DNA of 64,000 bases, from assembly GCA_000165425.1 (NCBI GenBank), contig CT868029.1, forward strand, positions 186,001 to 250,000, read 5' to 3'. This stretch comes from Paramecium tetraurelia (lineage: Eukaryota). Under the pieces are notes generated by a model that worked only from the letters and a program-made list of their open reading frames with translations, did not search any database and was not told the DNA's origin. Shown here piece after piece: positions 55,180 through 64,000 of this stretch; the stretch's first letter is position 1; the number at the start of each line of letters is the position of its first letter. The translations under genes were made by a program, and so were the position numbers.

Positions 55180-55731
55180 TCATTATTTTTATTCGTTTAA
55201 GATTTTTTACCCAATTTCCCTCAGTCTTCGAGCAGCAAATTTGTATACATCATTTATCCCAATTTTTTATTAGAGTATTTCTGCGAAAATCACCATGAAA
55301 ATCTTTTCTAATCCCGTTTATTTCAAATATTCTTTTAGTCTTTCAGAATCAATTTAGGTTTCATTCTGGCTTTTAATGATTTAAATACTCAAAACCCCAA
55401 CGACAATTTGTTCATGTATTATCTTAATTTCATTAATTTGTTTAGTAAATAAAGTTTCTAATAACTGATTCGAAAAACCTAATTATTTACCATCATTAAG
55501 CAATAAGATCTATAGAATTTAATCTTGTGCATCATAATTTAGTTTATAGATCTATCTGTCTTCAATATTTTCAATTGTTGTTACTTATTTCATTTCATTT
55601 TGGTTAGATACAATCGCTAATTATATTTGAATATTCTGTTCATCTAGCAAATTCAATTTAACCTATCTCAATTAGATCTCTATTTGATCCTACTTAATTA
55701 GATTTTCAGAAGTGCCAATTTCATTTATCAT
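55180..55731 (-). CDS. Small hypothetical protein with a C-terminal Dpy-30/RIIa-like helix pair
   Basis: ATG at 55731; last exon ERLKEYLKQTGLEKIFMVIFAEILQQKIGINDVYKFAARRLREIG…TGA; internal intron structure unresolved. Confidence 0.6.
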
Positions 55732-55765
55732 AAATATTATTGTTATTATAATGTAATTGTTTTTT

Positions 55766-57102
55766 TCAATATTTTCTAGGTGGTTCTTTAGTAGTAACAA
55801 TCTTAGGGGCTAACACTTAAGTAACAGGTTTGACCAACTCTTTAGATTAGATGAACTATTTATTTTAAGAGGTAGTTCTCTTTTTCTCAACTGATAACTA
55901 TTGTGACACTTTGCTAGTCTGCTATTGTGGTCTTCTTTGTCCCGATTGTTACTGTGTAGTGGAATTAAGATGATGACTATTGGTGTTTCCAATCTTCTTA
56001 TCAGACTCAATGCCATTTGGTTTGATGCCTTGTTACTATTATTGCTGTTATTGTAATGGCTAAGTCATGATCATCAATTTATTTTCAGATTGGATATCTT
56101 ATTATGTTTTTACAAGGGATTCATCCTTGATCCATTCAAATTTGTAGTCCCAATCAAAACCGATCTTCTTAAATGCATCCTTAAATACTCATAATTTGTA
56201 CTTTAAAAAGACCTCTCAAATAATTATAATCTGGTTTGTCCTCAAACTTCAAATTCTTACAGTAATTTAGATATTGACTCATTTCAATTGGAAATCCTTT
56301 ACAAAGTGCATCTGGAGAGGTTTCAAGTTTCTTTTCCATAATTCTTTAATACTTATCCTTTTGATTATTAGCTTTCATGTTTTGCCAAGGCAATTGCCCT
56401 CTGAGCAAATACATAAGCACATATCCCAATGATTCTAGATCGTCTCTCCTTGATTATTCCAAACCTAAATGAGTGTTTACAGAAGCATATCGAGCAGTTC
56501 CGGTTAAGCTCTTGCCTTCTCTATAAGGAATGTGACCCTCCTTAGTTAAATATCTCTTGGCCAAACCAAAATCAAGAATGTAGACGCGAGTAGCCTTCTT
56601 ACCTAAACCAATTAGAAAGTTGTCTGGTTTGATATCACGATGGAGGAACTGTTTCGTATGTATGTATTCAATCCGTTAAATCATTTGATCAGCCAACATC
56701 ATCACCTAAATCATAGATGGTAGTAATTACAGTCTTGAGGGATAGTCTTTTGTTATTTTTGCTGAATAATTCTTCCAAACTTTAGCCCAGTAAATCCATG
56801 ACGATGTAATTATAATCACCGTCTTAGCCTTAAGCATATATTCTAGGAATTCCTGGCTTTGAGTTAATAATTCAAATACCTTTATCACTAGGATCAGATC
56901 CTTGCAAGTAGTTGTACAACTTTGCCTCAAAAAATATTTATGGATGTTTCGTATCACTTCTTTCAAGTTTCATGGCATATTCCTCTTTCCCTTTAGCCAC
57001 CAAATATATTTCTCCAAAAGCCCCACTCCCAATTCGTTTTACTAATTTATAAACCTTTCCAATCACTTGATTTGTGAGATCCTTGCCAATTGGTGTGTCC
57101 AT
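55766..57102 (-). CDS. Casein kinase 1 family protein kinase
   Basis: [81 protein letters not shown]. Confidence 0.95.
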
Positions 57103-57446
57103 TTCTTAATATAAATATTAAATAACTTATAAAAATTTAATTTTACTAAGACCCCTTAAGAAAATATCTTTCCTGTTCTTTCACAGTCTCCACACTCTCA
57201 TTACAAATAATTTTATAATTAGAAACCAATTTTATGGATATTCTGATATTCCCATCTATTTTTGAAAACCTCAGATAAGTAGTATCGAATTAAATTTTCT
57301 AAAATCAAGGACAACGATTGGAGAGCATTTTTCTAATACTGAACATCTTCTATTATAATTTCTACATTAAGATTTTAAATTAGCAATTATTCGATATAAT
57401 AATTTTATGTTTGCATTAGAATTTAAAAATATATATTAAACAGTTA

Positions 57447-59138
57447 ATGGATAAATCTGTTTTATTGGAAATGCAACTTAGGGAAGCACTAGATAGGGAG
57501 ACGAATCTAAAAAAACTAAATGAGTCATTAATGAAAGCTATGGGAGATATATCTAACCATGACAAAGGAAAAGAAATACAATTATTAAATTAACTACATG
57601 AGTAAGAAATTTCCAAATTGAAGACTTTTCTTAATGAAAGGATTACTATTTTAGAATATGAAGTAAGTTTATACTTCTATTTAGTATCGAAACAAATGCT
57701 AAGAATTCAGTAAATTAGAAAAAAATTACAATCAATTGATTCAAGATTATGAAGAATTAGAGAGGAAGGAAAAGTATCAATAATTATTAATTTATTACAG
57801 AAAATGCTATTAATGCACTGACTTTTAACTATAAATTACTTAAATTCTAAAATAAAATGAAATTTAGAAAGAAGGATTGGCCAGAGAATTTTCAGAAGCA
57901 TTAAGCAATCAAAAGTCAATTCTGGAATATGTAAGCATAACCACCTATTCTAAGGATTCCAATTGTCTTAAATTAAAACTTAAATAAGTTACCTTTGAAT
58001 TAGATTAGGAAATTAAAGAAAAAGAAAAGTAATAAAAGCATATCCAAGAGTTGAGTTAATCACATGAATAAGCAGTAATTCTTAAAAATAAATTAGTAAA
58101 GAAGCTTATTGTAATAAGTTGCAGATCTCAACAGAGTACATAACGAAACTATCATACAAAATAATTAGTATCAAATCTCAAGCTAAGCAAGAGAACAATT
58201 ATAAGCATAAAAAATTTGTTAATTGGAATAGGATAAAATAATTTTGGAAAAGAACATCTAAGAATACAAGTAATCAGTAATCCTATCATTTTTAGAGAAT
58301 AAAATGCTAAATTGGAAAACCAACTTAAATAGCTTGATCTACTATTAAAGGAGAAGGAAAATAAATTAATTGAATAAAAAACTGAATTATCAAAAAAATT
58401 AGTAAATGAAAAGAAAATTACAGAACAATGTTAAGCAGTAGCTTTGAAATTAAAAAATGATTTTTAAAGGAAATAATCAATACTTATTGAAGAATCATTA
58501 AAAAAAGAATAGCAATTAAAATCTGTATAAACTTAATTGACCAGATAAAAGAGCAAAAATAAATATTATGAAAATGCGCTTAGTTAAGTTAATTTATTGG
58601 AGGTCAAAAATTCAACGCCTAAATAAATTAAACATAAAAAAAATAATTTCTCGAACGACTTTCATAATTCACATCAACCTGGACACACCAAGGTAATGTT
58701 AAATTGATTTCTAGAATGCTCTAAGTTAGGGTCATGTCAATAAAATTAAATTATTGCCATCTTCAATATAAAAAAGTGAAGCAGATTCTATACATTTTAA
58801 TTTAACTGATATGCTAAATTCTACAAGAAATCCAGATCAATAAAATCTATCATGTAGATAATCAAATGAAGACATTGGATCTCACATAGAATAATTTAAT
58901 TGTGCAGCCAAATTTGTAATTCCACTTTATTATTCCTATTAGGTTTAAACCAATGAGGACTCAGTAATTCCAATTTAGTAATTGACAGATAGACAATTAT
59001 CCCCAAGAACAAGAAGTATTTTGCTATTAATTATATTCATTAGTTTAAACAGTCAATCCGAAAGGACCCCCTTAAAGAATAAGATAAATTCATGCGGATT
59101 TATATAAAGAAAACCTTGTTCTAAGACCTAAAGCATGA
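57447..59138 (+). CDS. Coiled-coil hypothetical protein (3' end approximate)
   Basis: MDKSVLLEMQLREALDRETNLKKLNESLMKAM…; heptads; many mini-introns. Confidence 0.72.
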
Positions 59139-60877
59139 AAATTATATAATATTTGAATTTAACTATTTTAGACTTATATTTCTCCTTGTATTTCCATGCT
59201 CAATAAAGTCAAAATTATTTATTATTTAAAAGTATTTGACCTCTCAAATTTTTAAGTTTAAAATATAAAAATGCATCATCTTAAAGAACTGATCGTGGAT
59301 TTTGTTCTATGTTGATATCATTCTGGATTTTAATTATAGTTTTGTTCGAAGAAACAACTTAGAATATCTGATTGAAAAATAATTATGTATTGAATATTAT
59401 AATTTTATTATCATAGTTGTTGTTATGAATTGGATTCGGATTTAAGCTGAGCCTATTTTGTTTTTCTTATTCCCTAAATTTAAATTAGAAATCATACACA
59501 CACTGCAACATTAACAATAATAATATATTCTATTTTAATTTCCATAACACTGCTTGTGTAATTAAAAATTTTGATCACTCTATTAGTAAGTATCTAAATT
59601 ACACTATATTTATAGAATAATAAATATTACTTTCAGACATACTGGGCATGTGATTTATAATCCCATAAAAATAACTAACTCGAAATTTTTGAGGCAAGTA
59701 GTACAATTTAGAAAGCCTACATTGATTTTACAAGATTAACATATTATGATTTAGTATTTCATAATTTAATTTAATAAGTATATAAATAAAACAATTAGAT
59801 TTAAATATCTCAAATATTCTATTAAGATCCTATTTTTATTAATGCTAAAAATAATAAAAAAATAAGTATTAAAAATACAACTATAAAGGAAACGGATATA
59901 TAGTACCTGGAGTTGTTTTTTCCTTTATAAATAAATAGGTTATTTTGAATAATATTAAATAGAATTTTAAATTATTTTTTATATCCATATCCATTTGAAT
60001 AGAATAAAAAGCTAATATAAAGATTATATTTAGATATTCTAGAATTAAGTTTCTGAATTCTTAGTTTTTCATATCTCCAATTATTTTTATTTTATTTTAT
60101 AAAAATTGCATGTTTGATTATCACATCTATAGAAAATCCCTCTGTAACAGATACAGAGATGAAACCATGATTGAAGAAATTTATGTATCTATTTTAACTA
60201 AGAATTTGCCATATGGAATGCAAATTAAATTAATGATTTAAAAATACCAGAGTTTGTTATGTATTTAATCAAGAATTTAAATGAAATTAAATGCGATCAA
60301 CTTCTGTTATATGGTAGCTAATTAATTGATTTAATTTTGGTTCTTCCAATTTTCATCTAATCACAAAGTCTAAAATTGAATCTTCCAAATAATTTATATT
60401 CAAATAAATGAAATTTCAGTATAATATATAACAAATTTATACTTTTTTTATGAGATTTCTAAATTTGATTATCTGCACTTAAACTATTGATTTAATCATT
60501 AGAATTTAATTCATTTTAATTCATAATTTTGATTTTAAAAAGCAATAATTCCTTTATTTATTATATTATAAAATCTAAATTAGAAATATCCTTTCACACT
60601 TAATTGAATATTTAACAGAAAATTTCTTAGATAATATCATTGTTGCAAAAGCAAATTGATTTTGTAAATATGAATAGTTTAAAATTATATATAACAGATG
60701 TTCTATGTTCATAAAATGAAATAAAGCATAGAATTTCAAATTTGATAATTATCTAAAGTGGATTAATCAAATGATGTACATAATAATAATTAAAAATGAA
60801 ATTATTAATTATACATGAGCATTAGTTGTTATAGAATATTGCTTTATTGAAAATTATAAGTATGAATATTGTAAGTA

Positions 60878-61265
60878 TCAAAAATTTCCAAAAGAAGGAT
60901 ACTCTGTTAAATTAATTCTAAGAAAGCCATCTGAACTTTTAAATTTCTGATAGATTTCATCAACTTAACTTTCTAAAATGAATTTATAATTTTTTACCTG
61001 CCTTGATTAGACCAGCATTGTTGATGAATAAATAGAGGCTTTCTTGTTTTTATAAATGAAGGGTTTCTCGAATTACTTAAAGAAAATGATAAAAATGATC
61101 AGATTTGCTCACCAAGTATTTTTTAATAGATGTTTTGTCTTAAAATCTCAGTCTGGATCTTTGACTAATCTATAATAATATGGGACTATTTATGATTAAG
61201 AATTACACTCTATCTGGGTATTTCTCCACAAAATTCTCAGACATTTTTAAATTCTCACACAACAT
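60878..61265 (-). CDS. ATG8: ATG8/LC3/GABARAP-family ubiquitin-like protein
   Basis: Spliced (21-nt and 25-nt introns): MLCENLKMSENFVEKYPDRVPILLQ…KKYLVSKSD…VIRETLHL…LYLFINN…EIYQKFKSSDGFLRINLTEYPSFG-NF-TGA. Alternative in-frame ATG at 61244. Confidence 0.9.
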
Positions 61266-61287
61266 ATAAATTAAATAAATATAGTTT

Positions 61288-64000
61288 TCATTATTGTTAT
61301 TCTTCACCTTTCTTGACTATTTTCTCCCAATGCTAGATTGTATCATCAATATTGGCCATGCAATGTTTGAGTCTATCTTCCAAAAATTCACTGAATAATG
61401 CATAACAAGGTCTGACAATGACCTTAAGGAACCCTATTTCTGATTTTGCCATGACATGTGGCTATAAATAAGATAATGAATTACAATATGTAAATCCTTC
61501 ATGTAAGGTTATTATGGATATCCCAATTCACCCTCTAACTTGTATTAAATACTAAATTCTTGATTAACTCTTGAAGACCATTTAATTGATAAATTAGTTT
61601 TTTTTCCTGCCCCTCCAAAATCACTCGTATGCATAATGTAACCACTTAAAATTTTACAATCATTGAAATCTGTTGGTCTATTTTCAAAGTCTTTTAACAA
61701 AGTGAAATGTTCAGACATATCTGTACTTAGGATATTGGCAATGAGTCCTTTTCTGAAATTTCTGAATTCTTATTAATTGAGGTTGACAAGGATGTTACTT
61801 TATGGATTTTTTAGAACCTGAATAGTCAATGCAGCATGATGTTGTTCAAGTACACTTTTGTCATGATATCTGATAGCTAGATCACTCAAACTATTGATTT
61901 CAAAAACATTAGTTTTGCCAGTGTGTCCAACATCATGACCAAAACTACTAATCATCAATATGAACCTATTAAAATTATCTATAATTTTGGATTTCGATGT
62001 TTGAGCCAATTCAGAGCAGAAATAATGAGCAGTTTGCATAACAGTTATACCATGATCATAATTGTGATACGGATTATTGTTGACATTATAATTATATTCC
62101 ATTTCTTTAATAAAGCTTTGTAGATTTTCAGAGGGTATTTGGAAATCATCTAAATGTCCATTCTTTTTTAGGATTACCCATACAACCCTATGTTTTTGTA
62201 TTTGTGAAGTTAAGTCCATAATGTTAAAGTCAAATGAGTCAATTAGATCATCTTAATTCTCTAAACAAAACTCATTTAAGTCCCATTCTTAAATAGTTAG
62301 AAATTTCGATTTTTGTGGCATTTCTGTCTTTTTCAATTTTTGTTCATTTTGAGCATTTTACAAGTCCCTTATTGATCTTGATCGTTTTAGAATCAACTGC
62401 TATAAAGGCATATATAAAGAAGCAACTGAATCTTTGACTTCTGGATTGTTCTCTTCTAATTTATTAACAAAATTGATGGTTTCATGTTGAATGAGTTATT
62501 TTCTAATTTTGGCTTTAATTTTGGAATCCAATTTATTGCCAGATTCTAGTTATTTGAATTGTTCTTTGACCCATCCTTTGATATTTTCAGTGAAGATGAC
62601 TGCAAATCCTTTGTATGTTTTCTCTTCAATTTTGAGGAATATTTCATACTATTTCTCATTGTCTTTCATCATTTTCCATTTATGATCTTGCAGATAGTTT
62701 TCAATATTGGAAACAACATTTTGATCAAATATCTTATTATAGGATAATTGATTGGAGTGAATTAGAAGTGAGTTGAATTGGATGTTGAAATTGGATTTGA
62801 TTTATTTGGGGATTGGTCTGGAGAGGAACAAGAGGTGACCACTTTTGTCGAATTCAAAAATGAGAGAGTCGTTTGATCTTAGAAAGAATTTATAGAATGC
62901 ACTCTTATCAAAGCATTCACGAATAAATCGAAGGTACTTCTCATAGAAATGCTTGATTTCAGAATACAACCTTTGATCACTCTGCTTTAAAAGATTCATT
63001 TAATAGATTCTAAAGCATACAGTGACTGTTTAATCTTTAAATACTATGTAGACACTCTCAGTATCCCAAACTTAAATTTCTTATTGATCTGTTTATAATC
63101 TATCATTAAATTATGATTACTTATCAATTTTATAGATTTGGCTGATGATATTGTACATTTTTTCGATGAGAACAAACTTAGAAGCTCTGACGAATGAGAT
63201 TCCAAGATCCAGGATCATGTCAGCAATAGACAATGGACTAAAGAATTAAACTTTAGCATTTTAAATGGTTTGTAATAGGAACATGGATAGATTCTTGATT
63301 TCATCAATTAATTAGTATTCATTTGCAATTCTAAGTTATAAAAGGGAGATACTTTAAAATATCTTAAGTTTCAAGTTATTTATTCTATTTTGAATGATAG
63401 ATGAACACAACATTATTAGTATATAAACCATAAGAGGACAGATAGTTGATTGACATTAATTTGGAACAAAAAGAAGAATTCTTAGAGAACCTAAATACCT
63501 TGTTTTCTGGGAATGTTTCCAATTCATCTTAAATAGATTAATCCATGGGTACTTACTCCATATTATCAGTTTTGGATTGATAGAGTTCCATTTCAGTATT
63601 TGAATTGATGACAAAGAAACTAAAATTATCGCAATTCAAGAGATTCTTGCTTAATTCCTTAAGTAAACTGAAAATAGTATTATAAGACACAGTTTCATCC
63701 ATAAGTAGCAGATGGCTCTTCATATAATTAGCAAATTAGCATTTAACTTCCTTATATGCTTAGCTTAGTTCGCATTCAATTTAGTAGTTAATGTCTGAAT
63801 TGAGCGATTGGCCTCTTCCTAGAAGACCTGGAGATTGTATATTATAGGGTGAGGTCTGGGTGAAAAGAGTGCGAATGTTTTCGAAAATTTCATTGACTTT
63901 GGGATCGATAGTTTACCCATCTTTTAGTTTATTATTAAAATGAGTGATTAGCTTTAAGGCTTTCTCCATGTCTGCCACTGTGTCTGTAAATTTGAGTTCA
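61288..64000 (-). CDS. Class I cyclic-nucleotide phosphodiesterase with N-terminal GAF/PAS-like regulatory region, partial (5' end beyond the window)
   Basis: PYHNYDHGITV, HDVGHTGKTN, SVLEQHH, STDMSEH, MHTSD, WSSRVNQEF; frame stays open to position 64000. GAF/PAS assignment is by eye. Confidence 0.92.

Noticed and set aside
60110..60379. About 90-codon ciliate-code ORF on the plus strand
   Set aside because: No motif or intron support; with a single stop codon, ORFs of this length arise by chance.
63918..63920. ATG as the PDE start codon
   Set aside because: It is in a different frame that soon hits TGA; the PDE frame stays open to the window edge.
1..64000. Most short ORFs in the supplied track
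   Set aside because: They were computed with TAA/TAG as stops and alternative starts. They are fragments, wrong-frame readings or antisense shadows of larger ciliate-code genes.
1..64000. CRISPR arrays, transposases, telomeric repeats, rRNA
   Set aside because: No spaced direct repeats, DDE or reverse-transcriptase motifs, C4A2/C3A3 telomeric tracts or rRNA-like sequence were seen.

Overview
Eukaryotic, very AT-rich, gene-dense DNA that reads as ciliate macronuclear genome, most likely Paramecium. TAA and TAG encode Gln, only TGA terminates, and genes are split by tiny (about 21-28 nt) GT..AG introns. The supplied ORF track uses the wrong genetic code and shows only fragments, so genes were re-read by hand with code 6; boundaries are manual and some are approximate. 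I find 23 CDS plus one tRNA-Glu(CTC). Recognisable genes: a bZIP factor, a DYRK kinase, a CHIP-like TPR/U-box ligase, a trichocyst-matrix-like secreted protein, an OSBP/ORP protein, a BIG-type Sec7 ARF-GEF, a TLDc protein, a ~13.8 kb Tra1/TRRAP pseudokinase, DNA polymerase epsilon catalytic subunit, CNOT11, MORN-repeat and SHIPPO-repeat proteins, casein kinase 1, a small ATG8 missed by the ORF track, and a partial class I phosphodiesterase. No prokaryote-style system, CRISPR array or transposase is visible. The most notable oddities are at residue level: an ORP lacking nearly all PI4P-binding residues, a zf-HIT-like finger inserted in the ARF-GEF, a PDE with Glu at the invariant Gln, an N-terminally shortened ATG8, divergent start codons 13 bp apart, and an IES-like TA-bounded inverted repeat.
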